DNA from: Deltaproteobacteria bacterium TL4 | GTDB lineage: Bacteria > SAR324 > NAC60-12 | Direction of reading: 5' to 3' | Assembly (NCBI GenBank): GCA_051382335.1 | Contig: JBBCAX010000004.1 | Coordinates: 1 to 42,658, forward strand | DNA length: 42,658 nt | Part shown: positions 9,173-18,400 of the stretch, one piece after another | Position numbering within the stretch: position 1 is the first letter of the stretch | Layout: each line of letters opens with the position of its first letter | Position numbers and translations under genes: made by a program | Notes under the pieces: generated by a model | What the model was told of the DNA's origin: nothing | What the model saw: only the letters and a program-made list of their open reading frames with translations | The model's database searches: none

Positions 9173-10434
9173 TTTTCAAACCACCTGCACAGCTCGAAAT
9201 TTTGAATGGTGGTAAAAACGATTCCGCCACCGGCAACGGAGAGAAGTTTTTTAAGATGGTCTCTGTTTTCCGCCTGTACGGGGTCTTGGCGGAGCAGTTG
9301 TTTGCAGTTGGCAGAGGTATCAAATAGCTGATCGTCCAAGTCATTGCGGTCGGTTATCACAACAATGGTGGGATTATTGAGGGTGATAACCACTTTCCCT
9401 GAGTAAAAAACCATAGAAAGCGATTTTCCCGATCCTTGCGTATGCCAGATTACTCCCGCTTTACGATCTCCTCTTGGCTGACTTTCCACGCTGGGTTGAC
9501 CATAAACCGCAGGATTTTCTTGAACGCATATTGCGGAAATATCCGTAGCGCGAAGCGTGGATTCCACTGCTTTGTTGACGGCAAAGTATTGATGGTACGC
9601 CGCAATTTTTTTTATCGTTGTGACTGTGGTTAATCCGATTTGGTTTGGGCAATCACAAGGAGTTGCCCCTACAGATTTGGATTTTTCAAACACGATGAAC
9701 TGCCGGATGAGATCAAGAAGCACCTCTTTTTTGAGCATCCCTTTGGTGAGGGTCTCAAGCTGAGGAATGGTGGTGCCGTCTTCTTTCACGCCATCGACCG
9801 ATTTCCAGGCAAGAAAGCGTGACCAATCCGATGAGACGGTTCCCGTTTTGGCATCGAGTCCGTCAGAAGCGACGAGAATGCCGTTATAGTAAAACAGGGA
9901 AGGAATGGCTTTTTTATAGTTTTGAAGCTGGGTATAGGCTTTGTGAACGGTGGCGTTTTCATCGGCAGGATTTTTGAGTTCAATCACCACCAGCGGGATA
10001 CCGTTAATGAGAAGCACCACATCCGGACGTTTATTCACATTGTTTTCAATGACCGTGAACTGATTGCAGACGAGAAATTCGTTGTTATCTGGATTTTCAA
10101 AATCAATGAGTTTTACTTCATCGTATTTCACCTCTCCGTTTTTCATGTACTCAATACGAATACCTTCGGTGAGCATCAAGTGAACCGCCTCATTGTTGTC
10201 CATGAGGTTTTGGCTGGGAAGGTTGAGAAATTGACGGATTGCCTGTTCCTGGGCATCGGAGGGGATGGAAGGGTTGAGGGTTTGGACAGCTTCCCGTAAG
10301 CGGTTTTTGAGAATCACTTCGGAGAGGCTTGGTCGTTCAGTTTCCTGATCTTCGGGGGAAAAGTAAGAATACCCCTGTGATTCGAGGAGTTCAACGAGGT
10401 ATTGTTCGATGTCGGATTCGTAAAGAGCGGTCAT
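9169..10434 (-). pseudogene. hsdR: Type I restriction subunit R, C-terminally truncated
   Basis: RPDVVLLINGIPLVVIELK, WHTQGSGKS, TDRNDLDDQL; ends right after FTTIQ, before the DEAH box. Confidence 0.9.
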
Positions 10435-10985
10435 GGGGATTCCTTGACAAATAGAGAGTCCTCTGTCCAGACACGGGGATTGTTCAGGATATATTCCTGT
10501 ATTTGATTTAGGGAGGCTTCATTGCGAATGATATGTTCATAATAATTGCGTTGCCATAATTGATTTCCCGGGGTTTGACGCCATGCATTGATGTGTTTGG
10601 TGGATACCGTTTTGAATGCACCGATCAAACGCCCGAGGGGTTTGCGTTTTTTCGGATGATTTGTAGGGGCGGTTCGCGAACCGCCCCTACCGTCATCGCC
10701 ATTATCACCATCATCTGTCAAAACAATGATTCCGTGAAGATGATTGGGCATCACCACCCAATTGTCCAAATCCACATGGTCATATTGCGATGCCAACCAT
10801 TCCCACGTATCCACGACAATCTGACCTGCCCCATTCAACCGCATTGCCTCATCCACAATTTTTCCAAACAGGCATTCCCTGTTCTGAACACAGATCGTCA
10901 CAAAATACGCTCCGTTTTGCGTATAATCATACCCCTTCAACCGAATCGACCGGCGATGATGTTTTGCGGGATCGTATTTCATCAT
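10431..10985 (-). CDS. REP-associated tyrosine transposase-like (Y1 HUH) protein
   Basis: RRSIRLKGYDY, YFVTIC, VMPNHLHGI, WQRNYYEHIIR, YILNNP. Confidence 0.9.
   Translation of the reverse strand: MMKYDPAKHHRRSIRLKGYDYTQNGAYFVTICVQNRECLFGKIVDEAMRLNGAGQIVVDTWEWLASQYDHVDLDNWVVMPNHLHGIIVLTDDGDNGDDGRGGSRTAPTNHPKKRKPLGRLIGAFKTVSTKHINAWRQTPGNQLWQRNYYEHIIRNEASLNQIQEYILNNPRVWTEDSLFVKESP
10663..10690. repeat. Perfect 28-bp REP-like palindrome inside the transposase gene
   Basis: GTAGGGGCGGTTCGCGAACCGCCCCTAC; half copy at 11028-11042. Confidence 0.9.
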
Positions 10986-12307
10986 AGCTTCCGTTGATGA
11001 ATGTCTGTTATGTCCATGAACGTGTCCGTAGGGGCGGTTCGCTGCACCCTCACCTCCCCCTTCATCAATTTTGGAAGCAAGGTGTCACGGAGGTTTGAGA
11101 GCGTTTGGATTTGCTGAAGATTTGAAAAATTTTTCTCAAAAAGTGGTTGAACAATTTTTTCAAAACCATTTATTAGATTTTGGTTGGGGATTGAGACTAA
11201 TCGCGACTCGAATGTCGATACAGTAATAGCATCAAAAACGGCACCGCTGGCTGAACGCTGAATTTTTTCAATCAGGTTCTTTGTCAAAAGAAAAATAAAT
11301 AAATTTAAAACACCTGTTCCATTAGTGCATAACATGATTGATTCATTGCCATATCACAAGCTGCTAAAGTACATTTTCCAACAGTTCCCCGTGCAGTGAT
11401 AAATACTGTGTTTTTCGGGTACAGATGACTATTACATTTTGATAGTCCCGTTTCAGTAATGCTCTTTTCTGTCTCTAAAACATAAAATGAATCTTTAGCA
11501 TCTTTTGGTGTAAAAAATGGAATATTTCCATTCCAATATTCTTCAATATTCGTTTTTGGGGTTCCTCCACTCAGAATTTCTGCGATGTCTGTAAACTTCC
11601 CAACTCTCCACCCCTCAGGAATCTCCCCAAGTTCACTCTCAATCATTTTTCCGCCGGAGTCCTTATACGGCTCCTCATTCTCGTCAGGAAAATTGAAATC
11701 CACAAACCACCGCTTAAAAAGCGTCTGCGCCAAGGCTTCCAGTGATTTGTTTTGTTCTCGGAGCAGTTCTATTTTGTCATCAAGGGCGGAAAGAACAGAG
11801 GCAATGGCTTTTTGTTCGGGGAGAGGGGGGAGAATTATTGGAAGTTGTTTTAATGATACGATTGTAAATGCTTGCTGTGTTGAACCTATTTTTGCATGAG
11901 TTAGAGTTTCTTTCCCTTGAGGTGAAACTATCCAATAAAAAAGCCACTTTGGGTATATACCTTTATAGTTTCGAAACCATGTTAAATTTCCATCTTTGAA
12001 ATAGAATTTAAAGTTTTTCTCTACTAAATATGGGTTTCCAAGCGTTCCAACCGAAGTTAATAAAATATCGTTTTCTTCTGGTACTCCAAATTTATTCTTG
12101 ATCTCATTATATTTGTTCTCTGAAATAAACAATTCTGTTGAAATAGCACTTCCATTAAATCTTTCTGTTACCTCTTTTCCTCTCAAAATAAGGAATACCT
12201 GAAGATTGGTATTCTCTTGCAAAAATTCGCTTTGAAGAAGTTATTTCACAAACTTCCCCTAAACTTATTTTAAGCCAACCCTCCAACATATTATTTTCTT
12301 CATCCAT
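10982..12307 (-). pseudogene. hsdS: Type I specificity subunit with two frameshifts
   Basis: Three consecutive frames (breaks near 12185 and 11320); PPLPEQKAIA, LGEIPEGW, LRDTLLPKLMKGE. Confidence 0.9.
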
Positions 12308-12308
12308 A

Positions 12309-13349
12309 CTATTTTCCTGTATTATTAAACTCCAATCCCTTGACCACACGGTCAAAATCCGATTCATAGAGTCGATCCTGAATGGGACGATACTTTTCAA
12401 ACTCGCTTTCAGCAAACGTTTTGGCAATTTCTGCGGTGACATGCCCTGCATTTTCTAAAATTTCTTTGGTGTTGAATTGTAAAAACGCATTCAGTTTTGA
12501 AGCCCAGTCGTTCATGGTCATAGGGATACCTTGTTCCGCTTGGTCTTCCGCATAATCGAGGTACATGGTCACAAACCGATTGAGGGACTTTATTTCCTTT
12601 TCACCCAGATAATTTTTTGCGATTGAGACATCAGATTTAATAATTTTTCCAGAAGGTGCTTTTTTCCACGTAGTGAGTCCCATATAATCTTTCGTATGGT
12701 CGGCTCGTTTCATAATAAGTTCTGCGGCGGTGTTTCCATGGATGGCGTAGTGAAGTTTATTTTGTACCATCGCAAAAAAATCTTTGGTGGTTTTTGATTG
12801 GGCGTCATAATCCATCGCCGTCGCATAAATATCTGTAATTTTCTGGTAAAAATTCCGTTCGCTTGCACGAATATCACGAATTTCAAGAATGAGATCATCA
12901 AAATATTGTTTACTTAAATAAGCCCCGTTTTTAAGTCGTTCCGCATCAAGAACATATCCACGAACAGCATAGTTTTTAAGAATTTGGGTTGCCCATCTTC
13001 GAAACTCCGTTGCTCTTTCAGAATTAACGCGATAACCAAGAGAAATAATGGCTTCAAGATTGTAATGATCAATTTCTCGTGAAACATCCCTTTGTCCCTC
13101 TTTTTGAACTATTAGGAATTTCCTAATAGTTGCTTTTTCTGTAAGCTCATTTGACGAAAAAATATTTTTCAAATGTTCATTGATGGTTGGAATTTGAACT
13201 TCAAAGAGCTTTGCTATGAGTTTTTGTGTCAACCATACGTTGTTATCATGGATTCGCACTTCTATGGTATTTTCTCCTGCTTGAGAAGTGAATATGAGAA
13301 ACTCTGTTGTAGAATTTCTTATCGAAAGCTGTTTATCGTCTTTTTTCAT
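12309..13349 (-). CDS. RhuM-family protein
   Basis: VWLTQKLIAKLF, YNLEAIISLGYRVNS, IRDIRASER, IAKNYL. Confidence 0.9.
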   Translation of the reverse strand: MKKDDKQLSIRNSTTEFLIFTSQAGENTIEVRIHDNNVWLTQKLIAKLFEVQIPTINEHLKNIFSSNELTEKATIRKFLIVQKEGQRDVSREIDHYNLEAIISLGYRVNSERATEFRRWATQILKNYAVRGYVLDAERLKNGAYLSKQYFDDLILEIRDIRASERNFYQKITDIYATAMDYDAQSKTTKDFFAMVQNKLHYAIHGNTAAELIMKRADHTKDYMGLTTWKKAPSGKIIKSDVSIAKNYLGEKEIKSLNRFVTMYLDYAEDQAEQGIPMTMNDWASKLNAFLQFNTKEILENAGHVTAEIAKTFAESEFEKYRPIQDRLYESDFDRVVKGLEFNNTGK

Positions 13350-13363
13350 ACAAAATTCCTAAG

Positions 13364-14356
13364 TTATTTCCTTAACAAAAGTAAAACAAGTCCCACCATC
13401 CGGTCTTTGTCTTTCGGGTTGCTTTCGGCGACAAGCAGGGTCAATGCGGTCAGTGCTTCGGGGCTGAGACGGGAAGGATTGAGCAATCCCGCTTGTTTCA
13501 AAAACCACACAAAGGCGAAGGCTCCTGATCGTTTGTTGCCGTCCGTAAACGGATGATTTTTGACCAAGAAATAGAGCAGGTGCGCCGCTTTTTCTTCCAG
13601 CGTCGGATACAGGTCTTCACCTCCAAAGGATTGCAACACATTGCCCACAATCCCTCCCACGCTATCCGGGGAACGTTCGGCTCCAAATAAATCCGTTGCT
13701 TCGCCTTTATCTTTCAATTCCTGTTTCAATTCAGCCAGAGCTTGCGTCAATTCCTGGGCGGTGAACTCCACTTGTTTTTGGGTGGCACCGGTGGTGGGCA
13801 AAGCGGACTTGTCATACGCATCCAGCGAGAACCAGGTGTTGGCAAAAAGGTTGATGAGTTCCAGCACGCTTTGGGTATCCACAGTTCCACCGGTGGGGAG
13901 CAGTTTTTTCACCTCCTCGACCGCCCGCAGAAAGGTATCGTAATTTTGGGCAAGCCGTTCCGGGTTGAGGGTGTAGCCTTCCCAAATATGTTGACGGAGG
14001 GTTTGAGTCGCCCATTGGCGAAATTTTGTGCCTTTTTTTGAGTTGATCCGATATCCGACAGAAATAATGACATCCAGATTGTACATTTTTTGTTTTCTGC
14101 GAACCGTCCGGTTCCCCTCTCTCTGAACTTGTAAGGATTCCTTACAAGTTGCCTGTTCGGAAAGTTCCTCGTCACGATAAATGTTTTTCAGATGCAGGGT
14201 GATATTCTGCGGAGTGGTATCAAAAACATCAGCCATTTGAGCCTGTGTTGCCCAAAGGGTTTCTGCTTTCGTATCAGCCTGAAACTCTATTGCCCCATTT
14301 TTTGCCTGGTAGATGACAATCTCTGTATGTTTTTCCTGTTTCATAATCTCATACAT
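13364..14356 (-). CDS. RhuM N-terminal domain + Fic/Doc domain protein
   Basis: YNLDVIISVGYRINS and Fic motif HPFTDGNKRSG. Confidence 0.9.
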   Translation of the reverse strand: MYEIMKQEKHTEIVIYQAKNGAIEFQADTKAETLWATQAQMADVFDTTPQNITLHLKNIYRDEELSEQATCKESLQVQREGNRTVRRKQKMYNLDVIISVGYRINSKKGTKFRQWATQTLRQHIWEGYTLNPERLAQNYDTFLRAVEEVKKLLPTGGTVDTQSVLELINLFANTWFSLDAYDKSALPTTGATQKQVEFTAQELTQALAELKQELKDKGEATDLFGAERSPDSVGGIVGNVLQSFGGEDLYPTLEEKAAHLLYFLVKNHPFTDGNKRSGAFAFVWFLKQAGLLNPSRLSPEALTALTLLVAESNPKDKDRMVGLVLLLLRK

Positions 14357-14466
14357 TACAAAGTAATTCCGATATTCCCCAACTGCTTCTCAATCTCCGC
14401 ATTGAGGCTCATTTCTTGAGTCATCTGCTCTCTCAATTTACCCGTCAATTCCGCAATTTTATCCTC
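14356..14466 (-). pseudogene. hsdM: HsdM C-terminal remnant
   Basis: Manual translation EDKIAELTGKLREQMTQEMSLNAEIEKQLGNIGITL*; the stop overlaps the next ATG (TAATG). Confidence 0.7.
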
Positions 14467-14825
14467 ATGATTTGGCACCTTTCAAAAACGATAAATTCTT
14501 GAGTTTAAAAAAAGATCTTTGACAATTTAAACCTATGGCGCACTTTTTGTTTCAGGCCGCTTCTGGCAAAGAAATATCATACACTTCGTCCAGCGCTACT
14601 AATTCCTTGGTTGCTTTTTGAGGATGTTTGATATGAGCCTTCGTCAATTTGATCCATTTTTGTACAAAATTCTCATCATTTTGGATTTTATCAATGAAGG
14701 CCTTCATATTATCTGCTTCGGCTTGTCGGACAATGGAAGGAATCGATAGAGATTCCTTTTGTGACCCCTCAGTAGTGCCTTTGTAATTTTCATAATGGAG
14801 GAGGAAGTCAATCCAGGAAATGAGG
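14465..14825 (-). pseudogene. Probable IS 3' remnant (transposase tail and right end)
   Basis: Startless frame LISWIDFLLHY...DISLPEAA* (stop 14552-14554), then a spacer ending GGTGCCAAATCATGAG at the hsdM breakpoint. Confidence 0.4.
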
Positions 14826-14930
14826 TATAGTGCTCAAGATAAGTTTTGTCCTGGGAGCGAGGGCGTCCCGCCCTCCGGTGAGGGCAAGATGCCCTCGCTC
14901 CCAGGGAAAAAACTTTCCTGGACAGCTATA
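14826..14930. mobile_element. MITE family A copy 1
   Basis: TATAG ends, core CTGGGAGCGAGGGC...GCCCTCGCTCCCAG; homologous to 29709 and 33996. Confidence 0.85.
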
Positions 14931-15213
14931 TGCAATTACACCCAAAGGTCAGGGTCGAATTTAAGAATTAATAAAGTGAGGTCAAAAAGGCGGGACTAGC
15001 CCGCCTATTTCTTAACGTTTCATGTTAACCATTTCTTGAACCATTTCATCAGAAGCGGTTACCGTTTTAGCATTCGCCTGGAAGGCTCGTTGAGTTTCAA
15101 TCATCTTCACAAACTCTCTCGCCAAATCCACGTTAGACTGTTCCAAAGTCTGTCCACGAATGGTTCCCAGACTGCCTTTTCCTGGCTCACCCAAGACTTC
15201 TCTGCCGGCATTA
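14928..15213 (+). repeat. Junction direct repeat copy 2 (286 bp)
   Basis: Matches 23982-24267 with 10 mismatches by manual count; includes terminator hairpin 14988-15006. Confidence 0.95.
15012..15213 (-). pseudogene. flgE: Duplicated flgE 3' fragment
   Basis: 66 residues identical to the FlgE C-terminus; five nucleotide differences, all synonymous. Confidence 0.9.
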
Positions 15214-15320
15214 TAGACGTTCATAAAATTAGTGACACAGTGACACAGTAGAAGAGGCGTCTCGCCTCTTTCAAGGAGCGGGACGCTCCTTCTACTGTGA
15301 ATTTATTAAAATAAACGTCT
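15214..15320. mobile_element. MITE family B with GTAG REP doublet
   Basis: Ends TAGACGTTCAT / ATAAACGTCT; core CACAGTAGAAG...CTTCTACTGTG at 15244-15299. Confidence 0.75.
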
Positions 15321-15451
15321 TAACCCATAATTGCGTCACTCCTGCTGTACTGGGCGCGGGAGCGCCAATTTAGGCATTCCCTCGCAGGAGCGTGAGAACG
15401 AGAAGTTTTCATAGTTATTCTTTTGCCGTTCCTTACCAACTCCTAATGATC

Positions 15452-18400
15452 TTAAAGATGTGCCCCTTTTCCCCGATTGCACTCCCGACAAACTGCACGC
15501 AGGTTGCGAGGCTCTGTTTTGCCCCATTTTGATATAGGAATGATGTGATCGATTTCCAAAACGACTTTGTCCGTCACAGAGCTTTTTCCACACACCACAC
15601 AGCGAGACTGATCACGTTTCAAAATGTGATAGCGCAGTTTCTGCGTTAGTTTCTGACGTTCGTTGTTAACCCATTCGGAAGGGGGTTTAATTTGACGAAT
15701 ATAAGCAGGATGCTCTTCATTGATCGCTTCAGTTTCATTTTGAGTCAGGGTTCCATCCACCAGACAGTCCATAAAATCTTCCGATTGAATAGAATCACAT
15801 CCATTCAACATATCCTGTGCCAGTTTACGTTTGTTATCCAGAAGACGAGTCAGTATGGATTCAAATGTTACTATGTCTTTGGAAACTACGGTTGGAGTAT
15901 AAACATAAACCTGTTTAGTTTGACCAATGCGATAGGCTCGATCTGTCGCCTGATCTTCTTTGGCAGGATTCCATGGACGCGTGAAATGAATCACATGATT
16001 GGCAGCTTGAATATTGACACCAAAACCCATTGCTGAAGTTCCAAGAATCAGCACTCCAAAGTTAGCCTTGTCCTGGAACCGGTCAATCAGAATTTGTCTG
16101 GAACGTCCTTTGGATGAAGTGGGAGTTTCTCCATTGATAATGACAGGAGAAAACCCGAATTTTTCCTGAATTGCTTTCTGAATCACACGTTGCAACTCCT
16201 TGTAGTCCGTAAATATAATGACTTTTTCTGCTTTGGATTCAATCCGTTTTAGTTGTTGGAGCATCCAGTTTAGTTTGGGGGAATGTTTCAATATCTCATC
16301 AAGTTTCAGATTTGCCCCCTCTTCAATCGGGTGAGCGCAAATCATTCTCAACCGATGGATAAAGCCCAACAATTGATTCCCCGCATTTTTATCATTTTTC
16401 TTGAGATCCTCTATTTTCTGATGATATTCCTGCCTCACTTGCTGGTACATTTGTTGTTGTTTTACGGAGAGGGACAGCTCAAGACCTGCTGGGTCTGGAT
16501 TGTCTATTTTGGGTGGTAAATCTTTGGCGACCTCCGTTTTCATGCGCCTCATAATTTGGGGTTCAATCAACGCTCGCAATTCTTCGAGTTTGTTTTTTTG
16601 TTCCTCTGTTTGGGATTCAATAGGACGAGTATAGCGGGAGCCGAATTCATTCAACTCTCCCAGAAAACAGGGCTGAATGAAATCGAACAGACACCATAAA
16701 TCAGTGAGCGAGTTTTCCACAGGAGTTCCCGTACAGGCAATCTTGAAGCGTGCGTTTTGTTTTTTTACGCCTTGAGTGACGAGCGCCCCAGGGGTTTTAA
16801 CTTTTTGAGCTTCATCGCAAACCATGATACTCCAAGTGACCGCCGCTAAGGAAAATTCATGATCTCTGAGCGTTTCATAAGTAGTCAACACAATATCAGC
16901 GTTTTGCTGCCAATTGGGTTTCAAAAATTTGGTCAACCCCTTTTCTAACAGGGTTTCCTCAATCTGGCTTTTTGGCAATTTCAATGCGGACAGAGAATCG
17001 CCATATAGCTTTAGAACACGGGCAAAAGCTGGGACGAAAAAACGTTTCATTTCATTTTCCCAGTTATCCAGCAATGCAACGGGAGCGACTATCAGGACAG
17101 GATCACGCTGAGGTTCTTTTTCAAAAAAATGGGCAATGAACGTCAACATTTGCAGGGTTTTTCCGAGTCCCATGTCATCAGCGAGAAGGCATCCACGTAC
17201 TTGGTCGGGGGATTTACTCCACAAGTGTTGCAACCAGGCCACTCCCACTTTTTGATGATCCTTCAACTGAACTCCAGGTTGTAATGAGGAAGGCAACTGC
17301 GGAGGTGTGTCTTTATCAAATTTTAGCATTTGAACACGTTTTTCCTCATATTCCCGTTCCTCAATATTCTGTTTGATCTGCAAAACTAACCGTTCCTTGG
17401 GCAGTATCTTTACAGATTCCTTCTCGGATATTGTTTTCGCCTCTTCGCTTTGCTTTACTAAAAGAACATCCCTGATTTGAGATCGAAGTTTAATGGCCTC
17501 CGGCACGGAAAGCGGTTGTGGTAAGTTGGGAAAGACAATTTGAGTCTCTCCCTTTTGCTGTGCATCCGTAATGCGCTGTTCCAGAGCTTCAATATCCTTG
17601 TCAGAACATTGCAGATAAATTGTCTCTTTTCCCTCAGCTTGCCAGGGAATGACCACCGGAACCTCAGTCGGAATCCAGTCTTTTTCACCCGATGTTTTTG
17701 AAATAAATGGAGAATAAATTGTTTGACGTTTGCCGATGCCTTCCACACGTTCTGAATAATTGGAAAGGTCAAATACGGTCTCTTGACGAATTTCTGTGTG
17801 AAGAGTCTCCTGAAACGCATTTTCTGGTGAGTTGATTGGCTGCGTTTCAACTGGAACAGTGTTCCAACACTCAAGCGTTGCCTTCAGTTGCGATAGTTGT
17901 AATTCTGAATTGTTGTCCAGTTCGAGTTCATAACCTTCCCAGAAACAGCACAGCATGTTTTTGGCTAACTTGGATTCCAGTTCATCGACAAACTGCCTTA
18001 GGCGTTTCGGAGAATCGAGGAAAAACTTTTCAGAAGGCGTGGTCTCGGAAGAAATGGATTCTATTCGAATATCCACTCCAAGCATGGCTTCATTTTCATG
18101 ACAAACTTGGTGTTGAAAGCGATAAAATTCAAGCTGGGCGGCCTGACGATCCGCCTCAAAGACTTCAGGCGGAATGACTTGTATGGCGTCTTCACCCAGC
18201 AAGGCATAAGGATTGCGGACGAAAGCTTGCGCCCGGAGTCCCGAAACTCTGCGAGCGGGCATCCGCTTGATTTCAGAAAGCACTGTTTTGACGGCTGGAG
18301 CGATCACTACATGAATGATCCCGCTTGAGGGAGTTGTAATGGAGTAACGATCTTGAACACCATTGTATTGATCGAAGGTTTGCAGCCAGTTTGCTGGCGC

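Noticed and set aside
8866..9344. ORFs 8866-9090 and 8928-9344
   Set aside because: They are translations of repeat elements (HEKHEKHE, VGWVERSETQ) and an alternative hsdR frame
14930..14971. Mini-ORF MQLHPKVRVEFKN in repeat copies 2 and 3
   Set aside because: Mostly the duplicated DUF62 tail, with no RBS
15012..15224. Independent flgG/flgE paralogue or silent antigenic-variation cassette
   Set aside because: The protein is identical to the conserved FlgE tail, so recombination would change no residue
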